From assembly GCF_001194135.2 (NCBI RefSeq), contig NC_069006.1:13076053-13115624 (forward strand): 39,572 bases of DNA, read 5' to 3'. A program made the position numbers and the translations under genes. Positions 25,031-35,799 of the stretch are shown here, one piece after another (the first letter of the stretch is position 1; the number at the start of each line of letters is the position of its first letter). Source of the DNA: Octopus bimaculoides. Its lineage: Eukaryota. The notes under the pieces were generated by a model, which was not told where the DNA came from, did no database searches, and worked only from the letters and a program-made list of their open reading frames with translations.

Positions 25031-25305
25031 ATAAAGTGATGGTTTGTTGTCAACTTAATGTGACATCGACAACTGGCAAGCCAACCTACTCCAGACTGAT
25101 GAAGAGCAATAACTCTGAAACTAGTCTCTTGATGGTGGCTTTGCTGGATGGAGCTGCTTATCTCCCCTGTTTGAAAACTTAAGGACACAGAACACTTGTG
25201 TCACACAGCCAACTGGAAACGATATTTCCTGGGACTAAATAGCAGTAGCATTCTTCCCCTTTCCTGGGACTGCCACATTAAGTTGACTACAATCCATCAC
25301 TTCAT
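25031..25305. mobile_element. 275-bp element bounded by 35-bp inverted repeats (31/35 identical); MITE-like
   Basis: ATAAAGTGATGGTTTGTTGTCAACTTAATGTGACA (25031-25065) versus the reverse complement of 25271-25305. Confidence 0.6.
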
Positions 25306-25649
25306 ATATATATATATATATANNNNNNNNNNNNNNNNNNNNNNNNNNNNNNNNNNNNNNNNNNNNNNNNNNNNNNNNNNNNNNNNNNNNNNNNNNNNNN
25401 NNNNNNNNNNNNNNNNNNNNNNNNNNNNNNNNNNNNNNNNNNNNNNNNNNNNNNNNNNNNNNNNNNNNNNNNNNNNNNNNNNNNNNNNNNNNNNNNNNNN
25501 NNNNNNNNNNNNNNNNNNNNNNNNNNNNNNNNNNNNNNNNNNNNNNNNNNNNNNNNNNNNNNNNNNNNNNNNNNNNNNNNNNNNNNNNNNNNNNNNNNNN
25601 NNNNNNNNNNNNNNNNNNNNNNNNNNNNNNNNNNNNNNNNNNNNNNNNA

Positions 25650-25970
25650 ATAATCCGAAGGAGCTAGATCCAGACAATATGCTGTGTGTGGCATCGGTTC
25701 AATTCCCTCAAGTTCCTGGAGTATATTCTTGGTCATTCAAGTGGTATGAGGTCTTGTATTGTCTTGCTGCAGAAGAGTTCATTTTCTGGTAACCAATGCT
25801 GGGCATTGTTACCGCACAGTGGCATACATCCACTCCAGCTGTTCAGATTACAAGTTGATATTGATGGTTTGACCATCCAGAATGAACTCCTCTTAATTCC
25901 ACCAGATACAGGGCATCTCCTTGTGTTTGAAACTTCCATGTTTGGAGACAAGTTCCAGAAGCTGGCCCTT
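25650..25970 (-). pseudogene. Mariner transposase remnant (DD34D region)
   Basis: Reads TKNILQELEGIEPMPHTAYCLDLAPSDY (the YSPDLAPSDY motif); frameshifted. Confidence 0.8.
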
Positions 25971-25989
25971 GCTTAACCACTGCTTATGC

Positions 25990-26275
25990 ACGTTAGGGTT
26001 GCAGAAAAAATATCTCCCTCAGATTATAACTTGTTCTGATTCCTGGCTCACTTCCTGTCTGAAGACACTTCACCAACTGAGAAGAGATGGATGTTTCAGT
26101 GAAGGAGTTCTTCCCCTCAAACGACAAGAACTCCTATCAGCATGGGATTAAAGAACTAGCAGATGGTGCAACACAATGGCCTCTACTTTGAATGCTTGAC
26201 TGCTTTTGTTGGAACTCAATGAATAAAACAAATAAGTTATCAAAATGTTGCAAAACTCTTTGACTCAACACAATG
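25990..26275 (+). pseudogene. Mariner transposase C-terminus and 3' TIR remnant
   Basis: SPSDYNLF*FLAHFL...EEMDVSVKEFFPSNDKNSYQHGIKELAD...HNGLYFE; TIR-like GCAAAACTCTTTGACTCAACACAAT. Confidence 0.7.
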
Positions 26276-26301
26276 TATATATGTATATATACACACATAT
26301 G

Positions 26302-26690
26302 TGGAGGCGCAATGGCCCAGTGGTTAGGGCAGCGGACTCGCGGTCATAGGATCGCGGTTTCGATTCCCAGACCAGGCGTTGTGAATGTTTATTGAGCGAA
26401 AACACCTAAAAGTTCCACGAGGCTCTGGCAGGGGGTGGTGGCTAACCCTGCTGTACTCTTTCACCACAACTTTCTCTCACTTTTACTTCCTGTTTCTGTT
26501 GTGCCTGTAATTCAAAGGGTCAGCCTTGTCACACTGTGTCACGCTGAATATCCCCGAGAACTACATTAAGGGCACATGTGTCTGTGGAGTGCTCAGCCAC
26601 GTTAATTTCACGAGCAGGCTGTTCCATTGATCGAATCAACTGGAACCCTCGACGTCATAAGCGACGGAGTGCCAACAACACACATATAGG
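26302..26690 (+). mobile_element. tRNA-derived SINE family B, near full length
   Basis: A box TGGCCCAGTGG, B box GGTTTCGATTCC, no tRNA 3' acceptor stem; ends in CAACAACA. Confidence 0.85.
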
Positions 26691-26854
26691 TGTGTGTGTG
26701 TACCTAGTTTGTTCTGGGTTTGTCTCTGAAATTCCAATGGAGAGTCATGTGTTAAACTGCCATTTAAGAAATGACAAAGAATAAATAAAATAAAACCAGT
26801 CTATTTTATATTGTTTTATTATTTTGTTTTCTCTTGTTCTATAAATGTTCCATA

Positions 26855-27560
26855 AATGTTTTGGGTTCAAATCGCACCAACATCAACTTTACCTTTCATT
26901 CTTCCAAGGTCAGTAAAATAAAATAACTGTTAATTACTGGCATCGATCTAATCAACTAACCCCAGATTTGTGCTTATATCAGAAACAATAAGGCAGTGGA
27001 CTGGCAAAATCAGTGGAGCGTTGGAAAAAATACCTTCTGGTATTTGTTCCAAGCTGTTACATTGTGATCAAATTTGCCTTTCATCCATCCAAGGTTGATA
27101 AAATAAAGTACCAGTCAAGTATTGGGGTTGATGGTATTGAGTAAACCCCATTCCCTCAAAATTGCTGACTTTATTCCTAAAGTAGAAAAAAATATCATTG
27201 TCTATCTTTATGACCTGAGTTCAAATTCTGCCAGGGTTGACTTTGCCTTACATTCTTTTAAGGTTTGATAAAATGAGCACTATTTGGGTACTGGCCCCAC
27301 AAAACTACTGGCCATGTTCCAAAATTTGAAGCCATTATTATTATTATCATTATTATTGTGGCAAACTGGCTGAATTGTTAGCACCTGGGCAAAATGCTTA
27401 GTAATATCTTTACTTTCTGAGTTCAAATTCCACCAAGGTCGACTTTGCCTTTCATCCTTTAGGGGGTCAATGAAATAAGTTCCAGTTACGTACTGGGGTT
27501 GATATAATTGAGTAGTCCCCTCCCCCAAAGTTTTAGGCCTTGTGCCTTTAGTAGAAAGGA
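26855..27560 (+). mobile_element. Cluster of about 4 degenerate SINE family C copies
   Basis: Recurrent GAGTTCAAATTC.GCC.AGGT.GACTTTGCCTTTCATCC...GTACCAGT..AGTACTGGGGTTGAT; family also at 30875-31230 and 32890-33000. Confidence 0.7.
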
Positions 27561-27910
27561 TTATAATTATTATTATTATTATTATTATCATCTCAGACCA
27601 ACAATATCACAAATAAACATACATTGTTAATTAATTAATACTATAATTATTATTTCTATTCTTATTAATCATTTATTCTTTTTTCTTTCTTTCATTGTTT
27701 CCTACCTGCCTGTCCAACCATGACTACCACTGCTGCTGACTTCATTACCAACAATGCTACCCTGCACCCTGTCACTGTTGTCATTATATCTACGTTTGCC
27801 GGCATTTTCATCTCCCTTCTTCGTCTTCTTCACCTTCTCCTCCTCCTTCTCCTTCTCCTCATCATCACCATCATCGTCGTCGTCGTCGTCATCATCGACA
27901 TTGTCATCAG

Positions 27911-28216
27911 GTGGACAAATTTTTGGAGATGCTGGGTAAGAACGGTCTGATCATACCAGAAAAGGTGAACATCTGTCAGAACAGTGGTACAGGACCGTAC
28001 CAGAGAAAAACCGGAGCAACAATGGGCATTGCGCATGAAAAGTTTCTTATTTGTGATGAAAGCACAGCCATTATCGGATCCTACAACTACACCTGGTCAG
28101 CTGCTCATATCAACCGCGAAAATGTCATCGTCATTCGAGAAGCCAATCACCCCATCATCAAGTCGTTAATTGATGAATTCACCCGATTGCAAGAATCGTG
28201 TATCCTCATTGGTTGA
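27911..28216 (+). CDS. FAM83/DUF1669-like PLD-superfamily gene, coding exon 2 (terminal, carries HKD motif)
   Basis: Acceptor TCATCAG|GTG (27910|27911), phase 0. The join reads LLDATQ|VDKFLEML, like FAM83 'LLDxxxxxxFLxM'. Contains HEKFLICDESTAIIGSYNYTWSAAHINRENVIVI; stop TGA at 28214-28216. Confidence 0.9.
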   Translation: MDKFLEMLGKNGLIIPEKVNICQNSGTGPYQRKTGATMGIAHEKFLICDESTAIIGSYNYTWSAAHINRENVIVIREANHPIIKSLIDEFTRLQESCILIG

Positions 28217-28454
28217 TTATTATTATTATTATTATTATGTTTATGTTTATCATTATTAATTTCATTATTATTATTATTATTATTATTATTACACATTTTT
28301 CATATTTTTTTTTTTAATCTTACATTTAAAAAAAAGTCTTTACATGCATATTTCTTTTAAACAAACGACAAATTATATTAGAGGCTTAAAGTGTAGCCTT
28401 ATTTTTAATCATCATACACATACATACATGCATTCACTCATGTATATATATATG

Positions 28455-28486
<32 letters not shown>

Positions 28487-28599
28487 AGCTCATCAGAAGA
28501 CAAGCTATATTAGAGGCTGCAAGCTAGTCTTTTCTTTTATTACAATGCATACAAACTTACATGTATACATACATTCATACTTATACATATATACACACC

Positions 28600-28685
28600 A
28601 GATTGGAGCCTGGTGTAGCCATCTGGTTTCTCCAGTCCTCAGTCAAATCGTCCAACCCATGCTAGCATGGAAAGCGGACGATGAC
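28600..28685 (+). mobile_element. Short RTE-type 3' end in the probable 3' UTR
   Basis: CAGATTGGAGCCTGGTGTAGCCATCTGG...CCATGCTAGCATGGAAAGCGGACGATGA. Confidence 0.75.
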
Positions 28686-28721
28686 ATACATATATAAATA
28701 CATACATACATACATAAGTAC

Positions 28722-28839
<118 letters not shown>

Positions 28840-28918
28840 GGCAAAAAAGCATGAAGAAGTCAATGCCATAAATTTGGATACGATGAGATTAAAGTGTGAT
28901 CTGTTGAATGCTGTCTGC

Positions 28919-28924
28919 AATAAA
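28919..28924 (+). promoter_or_regulatory. Candidate polyadenylation signal AATAAA
   Basis: First AATAAA I found downstream of the stop codon (about 700 nt), followed by T-rich sequence. Motif only. Confidence 0.25.
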
Positions 28925-29287
28925 TTCTTTTATTGAAATTTCATTTAAAGTAAAGAGAAGGTAAACAAGAACCTAGTAGTAATTGTCAGTGACTATCAAA
29001 GGAAAGGGGAGATAATCTCAAACTATCAAGTTCATTTACATACACAGAGAAAGGATAGTCTGATCTGTGTAAGTGAAGGGGAACTTTGGACATATGTTTT
29101 GGTATATATGACTTCATCGGTCCAGTATTGTCTACAGGAATACTCAGAACTGTGGTGGACTCAGTTGTTTTAAATGTAGAAAATAAGCTACATATAATTT
29201 TAGCCAGGAATTATGTGTGCATGTGTGTGTGTGCGTGTATATAGTTCAAAATGTTTATTCTTATGTATATATTATATATGTATATAA

Positions 29288-29327
<40 letters not shown>

Positions 29328-29403
29328 TGTATATGTGTATATGTATATATGTGTATACACACACAGACACACTCACACACACACATGTATCTGTATATAC
29401 ATA

Positions 29404-30624
29404 TTTGGGTTGTCAGATAAATTCGTTTGTTTTCCCCATTTATTTTGAGTTTTATCTTCAATCAACAATTTAAACAAATCTGTCAATAAGCTTCTTTTCT
29501 CCTTCATTGTTCACAACTTCTTGACACAGTTCCACTAACTCATCAATGTCTTGACACCAGGAACCATTGGGTCTTGACTCAAAAATTTCACTGAGCCACA
29601 TGCTTTCAGCTTCACATTGCTGTTGGACAAAATGCCTTGCTGACTGTTTTAGGGCAACTGGAAAAGGTGATTATCTGAAGGCCCTACATCAAGAGAATAT
29701 GGTGGATGTGATAGAATTTCTCAATGGAACTTTTGAATAGCATTTTTGATAAGATTATGGAGACAAGGACAAGTGTTGTTGTGTCAAAAAGGCACAGCAT
29801 GTCACCAGTTGGGTCATTTCAGCTTGGTGACCTTGTTCAGCTGATTGGTTCATTTTCTAAACATAAAACTCTGCACTGACTGTGTTGTTGTTTCCCAATA
29901 TTTCATAGTGGATTAGCCCTTCCTAATTCTATCAAACACAGATTATTGTTTCGCTCTGGCTTGTTTCGAGGTGTTGCTTCCTTTTTGGGACTCAGCCAGG
30001 CTTCTTTCTGCTTCAGATTAACAAAAAGACACTGTTTTTCATTGATAATAATGGTGTGGTAAAGAAATTCTGTGTCCATGAGAGTGAGCAAACTGGTAGT
30101 GATAGAGAAGCACTAAAGTTTGTCTTTTCCATTCAGAGCATGTGATTCCCTTGCACCGAGTTTTTGGACCTTCTCTTTATGTAAAGGCGACAGGTGACCG
30201 TATCATGAGAGCATCCCAGCTGTTAGACTGATTCCTTGGAGAATTGGCACAGGTCCTCGTGGATGAGTTTGTTCAATCAATCTTCATTGAACTGAACTAG
30301 GAGAGTCAGTAGTGTACAATTTCCCCTGTTTGAAGCATGAAAACCATTTCTGTGCAGTTCTTTGAGTAAGAGAGCCTTCTCTATATACAGCACAGACTGC
30401 TTTGGAACTTTAATTGAAAGCCAAGAGAAGCAGACGTCGAAAATGCGTGGGATTTTTTTTTCTATTTGGTGCTCCATCGATTTTAGTCTGAAAACAGGTC
30501 AAATTTATTCAAATTTCAAAAACGATAGGCAAAAGTTGTAGAAAAACACTATGATAAAAATATCTTCTGTTTAATTCAAATAACATAAAAAAAAAGAAAC
30601 AAATGTATTTATTCAGCAACCCAA
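29404..30624 (-). mobile_element. Full-length (about 1.22 kb) decayed mariner transposon
   Basis: TIRs TTTGGGTTGTCAGATAAATTCGTTTGTTT / GAAACAAATGTATTTATTCAGCAACCCAA, with TA at 29402-3 and 30625-6. Minus-strand relics MEHQIEKKI..., NEKQCLFVN...WLSP and LSHPPYSLDVGPSDNHLF; many stops and frameshifts. Confidence 0.88.
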
Positions 30625-30874
30625 TACATACATACGTATGTATGTATGTATGTATAAATACACACACACACATATGCATGTACATATATATTTGTATATA
30701 AATATGTTATATAGACAGTAGAAAAATGGAAAAACAATTTACCAAAATAACAATTGATTGAATTAATAATTTCAAACGAATCAATGACTAATCAATCAGT
30801 ATCAAATATTCAATTAATTTCTGATTAAAAAAGGTTATATTGTGTCATTTCATTAAAATGGTTCTTATTATTGG

Positions 30875-31230
30875 TGAGCTGATGGAATCAGCACACCAGA
30901 CAAAGTGCTTAGCACCATTTCTTCTGTCTTTATGTTCTGAGTTCAAATTCTTCAGGGGTAGAATTTACTTTTCCTCTTTTCAGGGTCGATATAATCAGCT
31001 AAACCCCTCCTCCAAAATTTCAGGCCTTGTGCCTAAAATGGAAAGGATTATTACACTATCTAAAACTAGATGCTTATGTGCTGAGTTCAAATCTAGTGAA
31101 AGTTGATTTTGCTTTTCATTCCACTGTGGTTGATATCATAAAGTACCAGTCAAGTACTAGAGGCCATTGATGTCAGCTAGAACCCCCCTCCCCTCGAAAC
31201 TGGCAGCTTTGTGTCTAAATCAGATTCCAT
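30875..31230 (+). mobile_element. Two SINE family C copies
   Basis: GCTGAGTTCAAAT motif twice; GTACCAGTCAAGTACT; GGCCTTGTGCCTAAA. Confidence 0.65.
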
Positions 31231-32237
31231 TGTTATTATTACAATGTAAAAACTGGAGTAGATCGTGTTTGTGTTTGTGTGTGTGTCACGTTTAAGTTTC
31301 CTGGCTAAAAAACTGCTGTTTTCACATTGTATACACACCCACCCACACCTGCACACACATACACACACACACACACATACATACACACACACACATGCAC
31401 GTTTTAATAAAAGACAGTTATTTCAATAAAATGCAACATTACAACACTTTACCATCAATCTATTTTGGATATTTATTATAATAATATATTATAATTTATT
31501 ACAATTCAATTAATTATGAATTCAAACAACAGCTAATTGGATAAGATGTGTTTTTCTTTCAATTGTTTTCGATAAACTGGAATGAAACATACATATATGT
31601 ATATATATCATATATGTATGCATACGTATATGTGTGTGTATGTGCATATGTGTACATTAAATTTTATNNNNNNNNNNNNNNNNNNNNNNNNNNNNNNNNN
31701 NNNNNNNNNNNNNNNNNNNNNNNNNNNNNNNNNNNNNNNNNNNNNNNNNNNNNNNNNNNNNNNNNNNNNNNNNNNNNNNNNNNNNNNNNNNNNNNNNNNN
31801 NNNNNNNNNNNNNNNNNNNNNNNNNNNNNNNNNNNNNNNNNNNNNNNNNNNNNNNNNNNNNNNNNNNNNNNNNNNNNNNNNNNNNNNNNNNNNNNNNNNN
31901 NNNNNNNNNNNNNNNNNNNNNNNNNNNNNNNNNNNNNNNNNNNNNNNNNNNNNNNNNNNNNNNNNNNNNNNNNNNNNNNNNNNNNNNNNNNNNNNNNNNN
32001 NNNNNNNNNNNNNNNNNNNNNNNNNNNNNNNNNNNNNNNNNNNNNNACATACTCCCATTTCCCTAGGTTCCTTGTGGAGTACTCCTGTGATAAACTCACA
32101 ATTTCCGTTGATAGAAGGCCCTCCAACTGTGGCCAACACTCCTACGGACTGAATTGATATATATGCATACATATATAAATATACTCATATGCATCACATA
32201 TATACATGTATATATATGTGTGTGTGTGTGTGTATAC

Positions 32238-32287
<50 letters not shown>

Positions 32288-33569
32288 GTATGTATAAATT
32301 ACATACATACACACAAACATAGTTGCAGAGATATTGTTGTCATTTGCAAGAGGGACAAAAATAAGTGAAACCCCTTGAGGGCACAACAAGAAGACAAGCT
32401 TGTCTGACCACAACAAAAAACCACCACCCTACATACTCCCATTTCCCTAGGTTCCTTGTGGAGTACTCCTGTGATAAACTCACAATTTCCGTTGATAGAA
32501 AGCCCTCCAACTGTGGCCAACACTCCTACGGACTGAATTGATGCTCCATTTAGACTCAAACTTTCTGTCATTAAAACAGTTTTTCAAAAGCGTTTTATGT
32601 CATTCTTTTGATGGTTTTGCAATAGGGCCATGCTGGGGCATTGCTTTAGAAGTTTTCAGAAAGGCCATGCTGGAGCATTGTCTCTAAAGATTTTCATTGA
32701 TCCCATTGATTACCTATACTTTCTTTGTGCATATATTTTTATCAATCTCTCTAAAACAGATGGCTATGTCAACCTTGACATAAAAGCACATAAGCAAACA
32801 CCTCACGTTCATAATTTTTTTCAGTGTTTCTTTGATTTTTACCGTCCACTTGCTTTCCAATTGAAATGCTTCGGGGTGTTTCTCTACGTTTTGAGTTCAA
32901 ACTCTGCTGAAGTCTACTTTGCCTTTTATCCTTTAGGGATTGATGGTATAAATACCAATTAAGTACTAAGGTCGATGTAATCGACTCTTACCTCCGCCCT
33001 TCTCTCAAATGTGTCTCTTACTAGAAAGGGACATTTCTTGGGACTGAATCGAAACATCAGTTGTTTCCCTTTAATTTGCAAATAATTTAAAATTTATCTT
33101 AATCTTCCATATAGAAATTAAAAGAAAAAAGACATTTGAAATGTTAAGAATACAATGAATCCTATCTGTCAAACCCTAATACACTTATAATATTGGTTAA
33201 TTAATTAATTAGTCGTCCAGAATGAATTATTAATTAACTATCGTCACTAAATGATCGACTGTCAACTGAAAGGAACAACTACAGTTTAGTGCCCCAGTAA
33301 TGCTTTTTCGTTAGAAGTTTCTAGATAATTAATATTTTTTTAATGAAATTTCACGGAAATACGTCTTCGAAAGTGAAGATTGCAATAAATTTGATTTAAA
33401 ATTTTCAGATAAAAAAAAAAATCCTTTACTCGTGGTTGTTTCACAACATAAATTATCGGTATGGTGGTGTCTCTGGAAGAGTTCAATTTATTAAAAACAA
33501 AATACCTATATGTATTCATTTAACGAATTTCAGAGAGGAAACGGTTGAATAATCCAAAATATTTCTGAT

Positions 33570-33735
33570 CTACATCATCAAACTGTATAAAGAAACAAAG
33601 AGAGGGCTTTTCACTCTGAAGGAGAGGCCCTTTGTCACTAACAGAGGTAGCAGCTCTCTGAACTTCACCCAGCCTATTCTTATTCTAGCGGCTATGCTTT
33701 CGGAACAACCTCCCACATTGCTAACTTGGTCACCT
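33570..33735 (-). pseudogene. RTE LINE ORF2 fragment
   Basis: GDQVSNVGGCSESIAARIRIGWVKFRELLPLLVTKGLSFRVK, the post-RT RTE block. Confidence 0.8.
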
Positions 33736-33737
33736 AT

Positions 33738-33768
<31 letters not shown>

Positions 33769-33781
33769 CATACATATGTGA

Positions 33782-34110
33782 AGGTGTATAGCTCAGTGGT
33801 TAGAGCGTCAGGCTCACGAGTTTGATTCCCGGACTGGGCTGTGCGTTGTATTCTTGAGCAAGACACTTTATTTTATGTTGCTCCAGTTCACTCAGCTGTA
33901 GGAATGAGTTGTGATATCACTGGTGCCAAGCTGTACTGGCCCCTTTGCCTTTCCCTTGGATAACACTGGTGGTGTGGAGAGGGGAGGCTAGTATGTGTGG
34001 GTGACTGCTGGTCTTTCATGAACAACCTTGCTTAGGTTTGTGCCTTGAAGAGGAACTTTCTAGCTGCAATCCCATGGTCATTTATGACCAAAGGCAGTCT
34101 TCACCCTTTT
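33782..34110 (+). mobile_element. tRNA-derived SINE
   Basis: A box TAGCTCAGTGG, B-box-like GAGTTTGATTCC, then TTGAGCAAGACACTTTA...TTGCTCCAGTTCACTCAGCTG. Confidence 0.75.
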
Positions 34111-34128
34111 ACATATAATGTGTGTATT

Positions 34129-34162
<34 letters not shown>

Positions 34163-34189
34163 TATATATATACATACATACAGACATTC

Positions 34190-34530
34190 TTTTACTTGTT
34201 TCAGTCATTTGACTGCAGCCATGCTGGAGCACTGACTTTGGTCAAACAAATCGACCCTAGGACTTATTCTATTGGTCTCTTTTGTCGATAGAATAAGTAC
34301 TAGGGGACATAAACACACCAACATCGGTTGTCAAGCAATGGTGGCGTGACAAGCACAGACATACAAATACAAATATATATACATACATACACGATGAGCT
34401 TCTCTCAGTTTCCATCTACCAAATCCACTGACAAGGCTTTGGTCAGCCTGAGGCTATAGTAGAAGACACTTGCCCAAGGGGCCACACAGTGGGACTGAAC
34501 CCGAAACCATGTGGTTGGGAAGCAAGCTTC
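34190..34530 (-). mobile_element. SINE family A, near full length
   Basis: Body TTTCAGTCATTTGACTGCAGCCATGCTGGAGCAC and head GGGACTGAACCCGAAACCATGTGG. Confidence 0.8.
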
Positions 34531-35329
34531 TTTATTTCATGAAATTGGTCATGAAGGCCTTACATAGAGGGGACAGCACAAGGTGGGGACAAAAATACAA
34601 GACAAATGGAAAAGATGAACTGAATATAATGGAAAAATGGAATGAAGCCGTTCATCCCCATCTCTGAGCGGCTTCACTGAACCTGTTAATACAACCCTTT
34701 TTTTTTCAGACACTGGTTAATAACACTATTTGTAACACCGTTTGCAACAACTAGTTTTCATTTTTACACAAAATGTTTATATTATTCAACTTTACGATGA
34801 AAGTAAACAAACAAAGTTTGTTCTTTTTTAGAAGCGTTGAGATGTATTTCTCAAATGTGTGATAATGCTATAAATAGCTTGATCAGGATAAATTATCCAT
34901 ATAATGCAGAAAAATACGTTACTGGCCAGCCATGTTTATATTATTTTTTTTTTTTAATATCAAAACAGCTTACCTGTTCTAGCATTGTGCTGGTGTCTAT
35001 TTTCTTGACCCACTACGCATAGTCAGAGTCTTCCTCGTAATCCTTTAATCTTGAAAGGCACCCCATGTCTGCCATCACACAACGCATGTACCTGAGCGAA
35101 CCCTTCACTTTTGTTATGTCCACTTTTATCACTCTATCCCACGAGTTTATCTCATTATCAAGTTTTTTTCATTTTCTCCATCGTACAGTATAACATATTT
35201 TTCATTACTGGGCAAGGGTGAGGAAATTTGGGGCTCCCCTGTGCTTGTGCTTGTCTTTATGTCGGGTGGGGCATGGAGAAGGTTGGTGTCTGTTGGGAGT
35301 GGGTGTGGTGGGAGTCAGGTAGATATGGG

Positions 35330-35790
35330 ATGGGGGTTGTCATTTACAATGTGTGCTCTTTTTCTTTTCTTTCTTTTTTCTTCCCATCCGTTCCTTTCCT
35401 CCTCCTCGATGCTGGTACTGGTTCCCATTGGTGGTGAAGTCTCAACTTCCCTCTCATCCTTCATGAGTGTTAGAGGAAGTCCGCTATAATTTGGCCTTTC
35501 AGGCCACATTTATAGCACCGCGGGATCCTTCCTTCCATTCTAACTCTGTGTGTTGCCTCTCCGACCATGATGGTCTCAACCATATTTTCAATATCTTCCT
35601 CTGCAACTTGTACCACCATATCAAGGCTTTGTCCTTGCCAGTTCCTGTGGCCTGCGAGACCGCCACCTTCTCCTCCATGCCTAGCAATATGGCAGCTACC
35701 AGTCAGGCTTCATCCACTTCTGGGGTTATTTTCTCTACCCTAACCCTGGAAGCACACCTCCCAAGGTATATGCACGTTAGGAGATAGCTC
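35330..35790 (-). pseudogene. Decayed gag/LINE-ORF1-like zinc-knuckle fragment
   Basis: Minus frame reads ...ETIMVGEATHRVRMEGRIPRCYKCGLKGQIIADF*, a CX2CX4HX4C knuckle with H>Q and C>F changes (about 35470-35640). Confidence 0.55.
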
Positions 35791-35799
35791 TACCACTTC

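Larger units (their letters stand above)
15947..27910 (+). other. 11,964-bp GT-AG intron of the FAM83-like gene
   Basis: GTATGT donor and CAG acceptor; frame-preserving join that restores a continuous DUF1669/PLD fold. Confidence 0.85.

Noticed and set aside
26302-26385. tRNA-like sequences (also 33782-33840 and 2350-2424)
   Set aside because: A/B boxes are present, but there is no complete cloverleaf or acceptor stem and they continue into shared SINE bodies, so they are SINE heads, not tRNA genes.
27911-28216. Calling the gene zucchini/PLD6 from the HKD exon alone
   Set aside because: Exon 1 has FAM83-type N-terminal features and lacks the PLD6 membrane anchor and CCCH motif; orthology needs a phylogeny.
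32047-32542. 112-bp direct duplication (32047-32158 and 32431-32542, 1 mismatch)
   Set aside because: The first copy abuts an N gap and is flanked by TA/TG microsatellites, so it is most likely an uncollapsed allelic overlap from assembly.
33400-33465. Possible extra exon (TTTTCAG| ... TATCG|GTATGG)
   Set aside because: Lies downstream of the stop and candidate polyA signal, and has no coding similarity; splice-like words alone are insufficient.
35017-35190. Minus-strand frame LDNEINSWDRVIKVDITKVKGSLRYMRCVMADMGCLSRLKDYEEDSDYA*
   Set aside because: About 50 aa, needs a frameshift in an A-run to gain an ATG, no recognisable motif or splice support.
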